Below are positions 10,243 through 19,998 of a stretch of DNA of 64,000 bases, piece after piece. The notes under the pieces were generated by a model. It did no database searches, was not told the DNA's origin, and saw only the letters and a program-made list of their open reading frames with translations. Position 1 is the first letter of the stretch; each line of letters opens with the position of its first letter. The stretch spans positions 32,001 through 96,000 of the forward strand of contig JANNBC010000052.1 in assembly GCA_031385045.1 (NCBI GenBank), in the 5' to 3' direction. A program made the position numbers and the translations under genes. The stretch is from a bacterium (lineage in GTDB: Bacteria > Bdellovibrionota_C > UBA2361 > CALJRW01).

Positions 10243-11697
10243 CTAGACTGGGATACCTTCACTTCGACGCTTAATAGAGTTCCCGGTAACTCTAATTTTA
10301 TTATACCCATCAAAGGCGGCCACCTTATAACACTCAGCCAGTGTTGGATAATTAAAGACAGCATCTCTTAAATAGTGCAAGCCGCCCTTCAGGGACATGG
10401 CAGCTTGTCCAATGTGAATCAATTCAGTAGCAAATTCACCAATGATATGAACACCAAGAATATCTTTTGTTTCACGGTGAAAGAGAACTTTTAACATTCC
10501 ATCTTCATCGCCTAGAATCTGGCCTCGAACAATTTCACGAAAACGTGCGATACCAGTTTCATAAGGAATATTCTGCTCTGTTAACTCCTGCTCATTCTGA
10601 CCAACATAAGAAATTTCAGGAATAGAATAAATTCCAAACGGTAAGGGAATTTGTAAGACATCATCCGCTATACCATAAGCATGAGCTGCGGCTAAGCGAC
10701 CTTGCCCACTGGCTGTTGCCGCAAGCCCGGGGAAACCAATTACATCACCAACCGCATAAATATGTGGAATAGATGTTTGGTAGTATTGATTAACTTCAAT
10801 CTTACCTTTATCACCAAGGATCATTCCAATTTCTTCCAGTCCAATCTTTTGCGTAGAACTTGTACGTCCTGCCGAAACTAAAACACAATCAGATACAACA
10901 ACTTTTCCACTCCTTAAACGAGTCACGACAGTGCCATCTTCGCGAACATAACACTCCTCAACGTTCTCGCCCAAGCGCAATGATACTCCCATGCTTCGTA
11001 GCTGATAATGAGCGCAATCAATAATTTCTCGATCCAAAAATCCAAGTAATTTATCCCGCCCATCAATAATCGTAACGTTTACACCAAGGGCTGCAAACAT
11101 CGAAGCATACTCAGTTCCAATTACACCACCACCTACAACGGTAATAGTTCTGGGTATTTCTTTTAAATTTAAGATATCATCACTATCAAAAATATTCTCA
11201 CCATCAAAAGCAATATTTGCCGGACGAAAAGGTCGCGCGCCCGTAGCAATAACAATAAACTCGGCAGTATGATCAACTAATCGTCCACTGCTTTCACGAA
11301 TTGTTAAAGTATGTGCATCTTTAAAAGTTGCATAACCTTGCATGATTTCAATATGATTTCGAAGAAGCTGATCGCGAATAACCTCAACTTCAGTTTGAAT
11401 TAATCTGGAACAACGATAAGTTAAATCAGACATTTCAATCTTTGTCTTAACTCGGTACCCAGCTCCGTAAATGGATCTTTGTCGATAACCAGACAAGAAA
11501 GCAATGGCTTCCTTAAACGACTTACTAGGAATTGTGGATGTATTCACACAATTTCCACCAACTAAATCCATGCTATCAATGACTGCAACTCGCTTTCTAA
11601 GCTTAGCCGCTTGAATGGCCGCTTTTTGTCCCCCAGGACCACACCCAATGACCAACATGTCATAATCATAAGCCGAATTTGAAGATTTAATATTCAT
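10243..11697 (-). CDS. sthA: Soluble pyridine nucleotide transhydrogenase
   Basis: GCGPGG FAD motif, GGNCVNTSTIPSK with a single Cys (no redox disulfide), GGGVIGTEYAS and FNYPTLAECYKVAA. Confidence 0.93.
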   Translation of the reverse strand: MNIKSSNSAYDYDMLVIGCGPGGQKAAIQAAKLRKRVAVIDSMDLVGGNCVNTSTIPSKSFKEAIAFLSGYRQRSIYGAGYRVKTKIEMSDLTYRCSRLIQTEVEVIRDQLLRNHIEIMQGYATFKDAHTLTIRESSGRLVDHTAEFIVIATGARPFRPANIAFDGENIFDSDDILNLKEIPRTITVVGGGVIGTEYASMFAALGVNVTIIDGRDKLLGFLDREIIDCAHYQLRSMGVSLRLGENVEECYVREDGTVVTRLRSGKVVVSDCVLVSAGRTSSTQKIGLEEIGMILGDKGKIEVNQYYQTSIPHIYAVGDVIGFPGLAATASGQGRLAAAHAYGIADDVLQIPLPFGIYSIPEISYVGQNEQELTEQNIPYETGIARFREIVRGQILGDEDGMLKVLFHRETKDILGVHIIGEFATELIHIGQAAMSLKGGLHYLRDAVFNYPTLAECYKVAAFDGYNKIRVTGNSIKRRSEGIPV

Positions 11698-11949
11698 TTT
11701 AATACTTTAATTTTTAAGCGACTAGCTGGCACCTTTTGTTTATATACTTTGCGCGAGCCAGCCTTTCTCTGCCATCAGGGCAAAACTAATTATTATAGTT
11801 TCTTGTACTTATACCCCAGAGGCTATTAAGATGCTATTAAGCCCAAAAATGTCTCTAAATAGCGCCTAAATAGTGACTAACTTGGTAGGTAATCCTTATC
11901 GTATAACTATCCTAAAGATTTACTTTTTTTTCAACAGAGGTTATTCATT

Positions 11950-12252
11950 ATGGCCATGAATCTAAGTAAAGAAGAAGTCCTAAAGATTATTTTTTTGGCA
12001 CGCCTATCAACGAAAGAAGAAAACCTTGATCAAATGATCAATGATTTCAATAATGTTTTAAATTATGTCGATGCTCTCAGTAAAGTAAATGTCGATAATA
12101 TTGAACCATTAGCCCATGTCCATGAGAGTTATAACATTTACCGCGAAGATGTTTGTGGTAATGGCCTGACAACGGAGGAAGCTTTACTCAACACTTCCGA
12201 TCGCTCGGGATCATTTATTCGAGTCCCATTAATTATCGAGGGAGAATCTTAA
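11950..12252 (+). CDS. gatC: Asp/Glu-tRNA amidotransferase subunit C
   Basis: LARL...YVDALSKVNVDNIEPLAH...RED...FIRVP; directly upstream of gatA. Confidence 0.92.
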   Translation: MAMNLSKEEVLKIIFLARLSTKEENLDQMINDFNNVLNYVDALSKVNVDNIEPLAHVHESYNIYREDVCGNGLTTEEALLNTSDRSGSFIRVPLIIEGES

Positions 12253-13712
12253 TGACTAATCTGCATGAATTAAGCTTAAAACAACTAAGAACTGGTTTAG
12301 ATAACAAAGAATTTAGCTCAAAAGAATTAACAGAACATTCCTTAGCTAGGATTGCTTCGCATCAAGAATTAAATGCTTTTATTAATGTGACACCAGAAAT
12401 TGCCTTAGCGGCAGCTGACGTAGCTGATCAAAAGATTAAGAATAAGGACGTTAAATCTCTAACAGGAATTCCACTAGCAATCAAAGATCTAATTTTAACG
12501 AAAGGAATTAAAACTACTTGTGCCAGTAAGTTTTTAGAGAATTTTGTTGCTCCTTATAACGCGACTGTAATTGAAAAATTATTAGCGGAAGATGCTGTAA
12601 TTGTCGGCAAAACAAATCTTGATGAATTTGCTATGGGTTCCTCTAACGAGAACTCCGCCTTTGGTCCAGTAAAAAATCCTTGGAATCACACGAAGGTCCC
12701 AGGAGGATCAAGTGGTGGATCAGCAGCAGTAATTGCAGCGGGACTTGTTCGAGCGACTCTGGGAACAGATACTGGTGGATCAATCAGACAGCCTTGCTCA
12801 TTTTGTTCAATCACTGGAATCAAACCAACCTATGGCCGAGTCAGTCGCTACGGGGTGACAGCTTATGCCTCATCCTTAGATCAAGTTGGTCCAATGGCTG
12901 GCAACGTGGAAGATCTGGCCGTGATGCTAAATGCTCTTTGCGGAAAAGATCCTCTAGATGCAACTAGCGTAAGTCTTAAGACTCCTGATTTTACTAAAAA
13001 TCTTGGACAAGATCTTAAGGGCTTACGAGTTGGAATGCCAAAAGAATATTTCATTGATGGAATTCAAGCTGAAGTTCGTAGTGCCGTAGAAAATGCAGTG
13101 AAACAATTAGAAAGTTTAGGTGCAACAGTAGTTCCTGTGAGCTTACCAAATACCGAGCACGCCGTTCCAACTTATTATATTATCGCACCAGCAGAGGCTA
13201 GTTCTAACTTAGGTCGCTTCGATGGAATACGTTTTGGGAACCGCGCAACTGGTTGTGAGACACTGGAAGATCTGTATTGTGAATCTCGTTCTCAAGGTTT
13301 TGGAATTGAAGTTAAGCGTCGAATTATGATGGGTACTTACGTACTATCCTCTGGTTACTACGATGCCTACTACTTAAAAGCACAAAAAGTTCGTCGCTTA
13401 GTTAAAAACGATTTCGACAAAGTATTCGCTAAGGATTGTGATGTGATTGCTTCTCCAGTGACACCAACAACAGCTTTCGATCTTAACTCCCGAGTTAGCG
13501 ATCCAATTCAGATGTATTTAAATGATATTTTCACAATTCCTGTAAACCTAGCTGGGCTTCCAGCACTTAGTGTTCCTTGCGGATTTGATCAGAACAACTT
13601 ACCAATCGGCTTACATCTGATTGGAAAAGCTTGGGATGAAGAAACCTTGTTAAAAACTGCTTTCGCTTACGAGCAAAGCACGGAATGGTCTAAAAAGAAT
13701 TGTTACAAATAA
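12252..13712 (+). CDS. gatA: Asp/Glu-tRNA amidotransferase subunit A
   Basis: Amidase signature [32 protein letters not shown], plus [11 protein letters not shown]. Confidence 0.98.
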   Translation: MTNLHELSLKQLRTGLDNKEFSSKELTEHSLARIASHQELNAFINVTPEIALAAADVADQKIKNKDVKSLTGIPLAIKDLILTKGIKTTCASKFLENFVAPYNATVIEKLLAEDAVIVGKTNLDEFAMGSSNENSAFGPVKNPWNHTKVPGGSSGGSAAVIAAGLVRATLGTDTGGSIRQPCSFCSITGIKPTYGRVSRYGVTAYASSLDQVGPMAGNVEDLAVMLNALCGKDPLDATSVSLKTPDFTKNLGQDLKGLRVGMPKEYFIDGIQAEVRSAVENAVKQLESLGATVVPVSLPNTEHAVPTYYIIAPAEASSNLGRFDGIRFGNRATGCETLEDLYCESRSQGFGIEVKRRIMMGTYVLSSGYYDAYYLKAQKVRRLVKNDFDKVFAKDCDVIASPVTPTTAFDLNSRVSDPIQMYLNDIFTIPVNLAGLPALSVPCGFDQNNLPIGLHLIGKAWDEETLLKTAFAYEQSTEWSKKNCYK

Positions 13713-13721
13713 GTATAAAAA

Positions 13722-15170
13722 ATGTTTATTGAAGATTACGAAATAGTAGTTGGGTTAGAAGTTCACGCACAACTAGCAACTCAGTCCAAAATTTTCTCAG
13801 GTGCGAGTGCTACCTTTGGGGGAAATCCAAATTCACATGTTGATTCTGTAACGATGGGACTTCCAGGATGCTTGCCTGTTCCCAACAAAAAAGTAATTGA
13901 ATCGGCGATCAAGTTGGGCTTGGCTTTAAATTGCCAAATCCGAAATTACAATCGCTTTGCTCGCAAACATTATTTCTATCCGGACTTACCAAAAGGTTAT
14001 CAAATTTCTCAGTTTGAAGAACCAATCTGTGAACACGGACACTTAAATATCACTGTGGATGATATGGTTAGAAATATTGGCATCACTCGAATTCATATGG
14101 AAGAAGATGCTGGCAAAAATATTCATGACAGTCGTACCAATGCTTCGCTTGTCGATCTAAATCGTGCGGGCGTGCCACTTTTAGAGATTGTTTCGGAGCC
14201 AGATCTACGCTCACCAGAAGAAGCCTCTGTTTACCTACGGGGCATTCGCCAAATTATTCGATTCTTAGGAATTGGTGATGGCAATATGGAAGAAGGGAGT
14301 CTCCGTTGTGACGCTAATATTTCCTTACGCCCACGTGGTTCTTTAAAGTTTGGAACAAGGACCGAGATTAAGAATATCAACTCTTTTAAGTTTGTGGAAA
14401 AAGCTATTTTCTACGAAGCTACTCGCCAGCTAAAAATCCTAAAAGAAGGTGGTGTGATCATTCAAGAAACTAGACTTTTTGATAGTGCTACAGAAACTAC
14501 TCGCTCGATGCGTGGCAAAGAAGGAGCCGCTGATTATCGTTATTTCCCTGATCCAGATCTTCCACCTCTACATATTGAAGAATCTTGGATTCAAGAAATT
14601 CGTAGTAAGCTACCAATACTTCCTCATCAGAAAAAAGTAGAATTAGTTGAAAGCTACGGACTAACAGACTATGACGCGAGCTTAATTACTTCCGAAAGAG
14701 AAAACTTAGAGTTCTATGAAGAAGTTTATAGTGCTTGTAAAAATGCTAAGCTCGCTTGCAACTGGATGACTTCAGAACTTTTTGGTTTCCTAAATAAAAA
14801 TGGCAAACATCTAAAAGACTCCCCAGTTAGTGCTAAAAACTTAGGGCAATTAATTAAACTAATCGATCAAGGTATTCTAAGTGGAAGAATGGCGAAGGAT
14901 GTTTTTGAAGAAATGTTTGAAACATCCAAAACTCCCGAAGCAATCATTGAAGAAAAGGGATTAAAACAAGTTAGTGATCCAAAAGAGATTATCAATATTA
15001 TCCAAAAAGTAATTTCCGAATGCCCAGATCAAGTTAGAGATTACTTAGCAGGAAAAGAACAGGTCTTTGGATTCTTAGTCGGCCAAGTTATGAAAAATAG
15101 TGGTGGTAAGGCAAATCCAAAACTAGCCAACGAAGCTCTAAAGTCTGAACTTCAAAAGTTAATGGAATGA
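13722..15170 (+). CDS. gatB: Asp/Glu-tRNA amidotransferase subunit B
   Basis: GLEVHAQL, YFYPDLPKGYQISQ, HMEEDAGK and DYRYFPDPDL. Confidence 0.98.
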   Translation: MFIEDYEIVVGLEVHAQLATQSKIFSGASATFGGNPNSHVDSVTMGLPGCLPVPNKKVIESAIKLGLALNCQIRNYNRFARKHYFYPDLPKGYQISQFEEPICEHGHLNITVDDMVRNIGITRIHMEEDAGKNIHDSRTNASLVDLNRAGVPLLEIVSEPDLRSPEEASVYLRGIRQIIRFLGIGDGNMEEGSLRCDANISLRPRGSLKFGTRTEIKNINSFKFVEKAIFYEATRQLKILKEGGVIIQETRLFDSATETTRSMRGKEGAADYRYFPDPDLPPLHIEESWIQEIRSKLPILPHQKKVELVESYGLTDYDASLITSERENLEFYEEVYSACKNAKLACNWMTSELFGFLNKNGKHLKDSPVSAKNLGQLIKLIDQGILSGRMAKDVFEEMFETSKTPEAIIEEKGLKQVSDPKEIINIIQKVISECPDQVRDYLAGKEQVFGFLVGQVMKNSGGKANPKLANEALKSELQKLME

Positions 15171-15487
15171 TTTCTAGCGATCAAACCCACCTGCTTCAGC
15201 TTGATGAATTTGCAATCGCACTATTCGTAAAGCTACCGGCTTCTAAAGTAGCTTTCCTGCAAAGTCTCTTAGAAACATACGAAGGGCTAGGAACGGTAAG
15301 GACACTTGATGTTAAAAACTCCTTGATTGCCGTTATTACCACAACTCTGCAGCTAGCAACTTGCGAAGAACTACTAAATAGCGTGAAACCAATCGTTTCC
15401 TGGTCTTATGCTCAAGAACTTGAAGATCAGACTAAACAAGAATACTTTGGCTTTATGAAGACCGAAACCACCGAATCGACATTCTAA
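15167..15487 (+). CDS. Small conserved protein, DUF4911-like
   Basis: Overlaps the gatB stop. FLQSLLETYEGLGTVRTLD resembles the DUF4911 pattern (recalled, not searched). Confidence 0.6.
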   Translation: MISSDQTHLLQLDEFAIALFVKLPASKVAFLQSLLETYEGLGTVRTLDVKNSLIAVITTTLQLATCEELLNSVKPIVSWSYAQELEDQTKQEYFGFMKTETTESTF

Positions 15488-15531
15488 TTTCAGTCATTTT
15501 TCTTTCTTAGAAATCAATTAAAGATTAGTGT

Positions 15532-16554
15532 GTGAAAGTAATGTTATTAATTGCTTTTGCTTCAAATTTCAACAAGAACAGCGCGACACAAAGTCCTGCG
15601 GCAGAGCCATTTGCCTCACCAGCTGATAATTTATTAGATACTAGTTTTCGTGGAGCAAAAACCGAACCAGAAACACAACTAGTCAGCAAGACAATCTTAG
15701 CAGTTGTCGCAAAAGTTTATCTAATGGCAATCTCTCCAGCCCTTGGTGAATTCTGGGCGAAAGTTTCTGATGAAGGCAAGTTTCTTGCTGTTAGTAAAAA
15801 TGACTCTTTACTTAGAGTAATCACTGAAGCTAGAGACATCTTAGTGGAGGAAAAAATTTCTCCCAAAAACACTGCTCCAGCAACAAAACCTTTAAAAAAT
15901 CTACTAACAGAATTTTTAGAAGAATTAACTCCAAAAAAAGTAGAGCTTGAGGATCAAGACTTAGGAAGGCAAAATAAACAGGCTCCTCTTATACTTAAGA
16001 AACTAACGGAAGAGTTACTTGATGAGCAACTTAAAAGTTTAGTAGTTGGAGCAATTGTTCAGCAGAAACAAATCATCGAAAACTACTTAAGTCAAAAAGA
16101 AGAGGCTGTTTCTGATAAAGAAAAAAGAGAATTAAAAATTGCTCTAGAAAATGTAAATATTTATCTAAGAGGACTTGAAGATAAGCAGGTAACGGCTGTT
16201 CCTGCGCTAGCAAGTACCATCGTCGCTAAGGAATCTGAGCTAGTCCTAGAGCCTTTTGCCTATAGTTTTCATGATCGAAGCACTTTACTATCTGCTACAA
16301 AAGTAAAAGCCCAAGAAGAAAAAGAAGCTCAGAAACTAGCTAGATTAGAAGCCAAAAAGCTTGCTGAGCTACAAGTTTTAAGAGATTATTTAGAGAGATT
16401 AGAACCAACAGCTCGAATTAATTTTGCTTCCGCACTTTATAAACAAAGAAGTGGGGATTCAGCAGTTCTAACTGTTATTACAGAAGCATTAGGAACAAGC
16501 AGAGCAACATCAAGTCAAAAAGACTCTAACGAAGCGATCGCCTTAGCAAACTAA
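15532..16554 (+). CDS. Hypothetical alpha-helical/coiled-coil protein
   Basis: 340-aa ORF rich in E/K/L/A with no recognisable motif. Start uncertain. Confidence 0.6.
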   Translation: MKVMLLIAFASNFNKNSATQSPAAEPFASPADNLLDTSFRGAKTEPETQLVSKTILAVVAKVYLMAISPALGEFWAKVSDEGKFLAVSKNDSLLRVITEARDILVEEKISPKNTAPATKPLKNLLTEFLEELTPKKVELEDQDLGRQNKQAPLILKKLTEELLDEQLKSLVVGAIVQQKQIIENYLSQKEEAVSDKEKRELKIALENVNIYLRGLEDKQVTAVPALASTIVAKESELVLEPFAYSFHDRSTLLSATKVKAQEEKEAQKLARLEAKKLAELQVLRDYLERLEPTARINFASALYKQRSGDSAVLTVITEALGTSRATSSQKDSNEAIALAN

Positions 16555-17720
16555 CGGGGCACTTCCCGATCTGCTATTAAAAACTGCTCAATAGCACTTT
16601 TTAAATCTTGTTGTGAAACTAAGAAATCACGCTTGCCGGAAATCGTTTCTCTTTTGAAAGAGTTAATTCCTGCCTGATTACATATTCCGCTAATATCAGC
16701 AGCCGAAAGCCCCTCAGTTACTTTTGCTAAAATTCGGACATCAACACCATCCGCTAATTTTAATTTCTTAAGATAAAGCTGGAACAAATGAAGTCGAGCA
16801 TTTAGATCAGGCTGAGGAATAGTAATCTCTTTATTTAATCTCCCAGAACGCTTTAAGGCTGGATCGATTAGATCTGGACGGTTAGTTGCTCCAATTACGT
16901 AAATACCTTCGGTCTTATGAACACCATCAATCAATTGCAAAAAGTGATTTAATAAATTCTCAGACCACTGCTCACCACCACTAGAACGTGCTCGACCAAT
17001 AGAATCAATCTCATCAATAAAAACAATCGCTGGCTTATATTTATTAGCAGCATTAAATAAATTACTTAGATTTTTTTCTGAATCCCCAACCCATTTAGAA
17101 ATGACCTGATCGGCTGAAAAAGAAAAAAAGTTTAGGCCCGCCGTGTTAGCAATAACCTTAGCAATGGTTGTTTTCCCATTTCCCGGAGGACCACTAAAAA
17201 TAATCCCCTTGGGGATTTTAACACCATATTTAGCAGAAGTTTTAGGATCGCGTAACAATTCAATCACCGAAAGAATTTCGATCTGAATCTCCTGTGGAAT
17301 AATCAAGTCATCCCAGGTTAAATTTTCAATTTCTTGATTCTGAGGGCGAATATCTATAGCCGAGTTCTTAGTTGTAGGATCTTGCGCATTTCCAGCACCA
17401 GTAGCTGCAGACTGCGCCACTATATACTTATTCAGCGGATTTTTGAAAAGAATAATTAAAAAAGTTGTAATTAAGGGTAAGACATGGAGCAATGTAAAAT
17501 AGACCACATGCCGGCTTGCTCCTCCACTATAGAGTGAAATTGTCTTTAAAGTGACGACAACTGTCAAAAAGGCTGAGATACTGATTAGCAAGAAATCACC
17601 CATTTTTTGCTTTTTAATATCAAACCAAAAACGAGTATGAAAAGGGAAATAGATTAGTGGTAACAGCTGAAAGATAAAAAGGCTTAAAAGCCCTGGTTCA
17701 AAGTAATTAACAACTGTCAT
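16551..17720 (-). CDS. Membrane-anchored classic-clade AAA+ ATPase with no protease domain
   Basis: About three N-terminal hydrophobic helices, GPPGNGKT, pore loop SKWVG, FIDEID and SRH ATNRPDLIDPALKRSGR. Confidence 0.88.
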   Translation of the reverse strand: MTVVNYFEPGLLSLFIFQLLPLIYFPFHTRFWFDIKKQKMGDFLLISISAFLTVVVTLKTISLYSGGASRHVVYFTLLHVLPLITTFLIILFKNPLNKYIVAQSAATGAGNAQDPTTKNSAIDIRPQNQEIENLTWDDLIIPQEIQIEILSVIELLRDPKTSAKYGVKIPKGIIFSGPPGNGKTTIAKVIANTAGLNFFSFSADQVISKWVGDSEKNLSNLFNAANKYKPAIVFIDEIDSIGRARSSGGEQWSENLLNHFLQLIDGVHKTEGIYVIGATNRPDLIDPALKRSGRLNKEITIPQPDLNARLHLFQLYLKKLKLADGVDVRILAKVTEGLSAADISGICNQAGINSFKRETISGKRDFLVSQQDLKSAIEQFLIADREVPR

Positions 17721-18067
17721 TTTATCTTATTGTAAATTTCAAAAAGAATAGTCTCAAAAATAGTAATTCTAGCCCTTTTCTCTAATTTCATAATACAAAA
17801 GCAACTTCAAATGGTATTTCATTATACCCGCAAAGACTTCTGACAAGAACTAGATACTAAGATGTCCCAAAAACCCCCAATCGGTTTTCGTATAACAATC
17901 TGGTAAAGAGATCTAAAAAAGGCTATAACCCATTGTGTTCACGAATTAAGTTCCCCATGTGGACTTAAAACTAACACTGAGCCTTCACTACGTTCTCAGA
18001 AAAACAGCCTTTTAAATGTTATGACAACGTAGGTGAATTAGTAGCTATTAATTTTAACAGTATATAA

Positions 18068-19942
18068 ATGTTACAGCTTTTACATAAGTACCAAAAATCC
18101 GTTTTATTACTTTTCACAGTAGTAATCATCTGTGTCTCCATGATGAGCTTTGGAGTTAGATCCTATGGCAAGAATCGCCAAGCAAGCTTTGCGCTAAAGA
18201 TTAACGGGGAAGAAGTTACTCAACAGCAGTTTGCTATTGCCAAGTCCAACCTAGAAAATAATTATCGCCAACAATTTGGGGATTTTTACCAGCAATTAAT
18301 CCAAATGGGTGGCTTAAACCTTCAACAACAAACAATTGATCGTTTAATTGAAGAAACGCTTTTAACCCAATTTAGCTCCCAACAAGATCTTGTTGTTAGC
18401 AAGAAAGATTTACACAAAGCTTTAGTTAGCTTTCTAGGAGCCGATCTTTCTGCTGAAAAATACCAAACCTTTCTTCAAAATACAGGGCAAACAGCAGCTA
18501 GTTTTGAATCTCGCCTAGCCAAGCAATTAACTCCAAGCATTTTTGGCGAAATCGTAAGTGATCACCTAAATATTTCTCAAGTTGAGTTAGAATCAGCAAT
18601 TAAGAAAGAAGAAACTACTTATAGCTATAAAGCTTTTGTTTTTGATCCAACAAAACAACTAGCTAAGGTTGCTGAGCCTTCCGCTGAAGAGCTAGAGTCC
18701 TACTATCAGGATCATGCTTCTGACTATGAAACTCCAGAGAAGGCTAGCTACAACTTAGTAACCTTGACGCCAGCTGAGAATTTAAGCTTAGTAGAAATCA
18801 CGGAAGATGATATTGAAATCTACTATACCGAAAATCAGGAAAAGTTTGCCACTCCTGAAAAAGCTCTAGTTCGTAGTATTATTTTAAAGAGAGACCCTAG
18901 CAATATAGTTGCCGATCAAACTGCCAGTAGCCTAGCAGATAGCTTAATTAAAAAAATCAATGAAGGTGAGGACTTTGAAAAATTAGCCAAAGCTAATTCT
19001 TCTGATGCCAAAAGCGCGGACGCCAAGTGGGTAGAAAAAGGCAAAAGCCCGAAGGAGTTTGAGGCCGTCGCTTTTGATCAAGGCTCGATGGGCTCAGCTA
19101 AATTAGTAACAACGGACGCTAGTTATCAAATCCTTCGCGTCGAAGATTATCAAGATGGTAAAATAAAACCACTATCAGAAGTCTCTCCAGAAATTAAAAA
19201 GAAATTACAGGAGCGAGATGTTGTTGCCTACCTTCAGGTAAAAGCAGAAGATCTTTATGCTAATTGGCAAGAGTCTGGAAAACCTTTGGCTGATTTTGCA
19301 ACTGAGCAAAAGCTGACTCTACTAAAAACGGATGTTGCTAAAAGTGCCAATGAAGACTTAGAAAATACAACAGGATTAAGCAAATTAGTCTTAGCGCAAA
19401 AAGATTTAACAAAACAAATTCAAGAGATTTCTGGAAATTACTATTTAGTGGAAATCTCCGAAGTAGTTGCTAGTAAAATCCCCGAGCTTGCCGAAGTGAA
19501 AGAAAAACTATTAGCAGATTTTAAAGCAGAAAAATCAGTTGAATTTGCCAGAACACAAGCAGATGAATTCTTAGCTAAAGTTTCCGAAGCAAATAGCAAT
19601 TTAGATACTATTAAAGCAGGTTACGAAGTAGAGACTATTAGTCGTGAGTCTATTAAAAAATCTGGGCAAGAAGAGGAGCTTCTTTCTCCTGAAATTAAGG
19701 AAGACCTATTTTCTCAGTCGGCTCCAGGGATTCTCCCAAAGACTTATCAACATCAAAATAATAAGTATTATATCCTCAAGGTGGAAACTATTGTTCCACC
19801 AACAGGCGAGACGATTCAAGCAAAAATCAAAGAGCAACAAGAAAAACTTCGAAAAGATTTACAAAATAAATTTTTAAGCTCTTTGATTGCTCAACTAAAA
19901 GCGCAAGCTAAAATTGAAATTGCTCCTAGCCTAATAAGCTAA
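18068..19942 (+). CDS. ppiD: PpiD-like periplasmic chaperone (SurA N-terminal plus parvulin domain)
   Basis: N-terminal TM anchor, KINGEEVT, EDDIEIYY..N.EKFATPEK, and GEDFEKLAKANSSD parvulin motif; 624 aa. Confidence 0.85.
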   Translation: MLQLLHKYQKSVLLLFTVVIICVSMMSFGVRSYGKNRQASFALKINGEEVTQQQFAIAKSNLENNYRQQFGDFYQQLIQMGGLNLQQQTIDRLIEETLLTQFSSQQDLVVSKKDLHKALVSFLGADLSAEKYQTFLQNTGQTAASFESRLAKQLTPSIFGEIVSDHLNISQVELESAIKKEETTYSYKAFVFDPTKQLAKVAEPSAEELESYYQDHASDYETPEKASYNLVTLTPAENLSLVEITEDDIEIYYTENQEKFATPEKALVRSIILKRDPSNIVADQTASSLADSLIKKINEGEDFEKLAKANSSDAKSADAKWVEKGKSPKEFEAVAFDQGSMGSAKLVTTDASYQILRVEDYQDGKIKPLSEVSPEIKKKLQERDVVAYLQVKAEDLYANWQESGKPLADFATEQKLTLLKTDVAKSANEDLENTTGLSKLVLAQKDLTKQIQEISGNYYLVEISEVVASKIPELAEVKEKLLADFKAEKSVEFARTQADEFLAKVSEANSNLDTIKAGYEVETISRESIKKSGQEEELLSPEIKEDLFSQSAPGILPKTYQHQNNKYYILKVETIVPPTGETIQAKIKEQQEKLRKDLQNKFLSSLIAQLKAQAKIEIAPSLIS

Positions 19943-19998
19943 GATTAAGACACGCTCACTACTAGCTACCAGATATTGGTCTAAAATTAAGGAATAGT

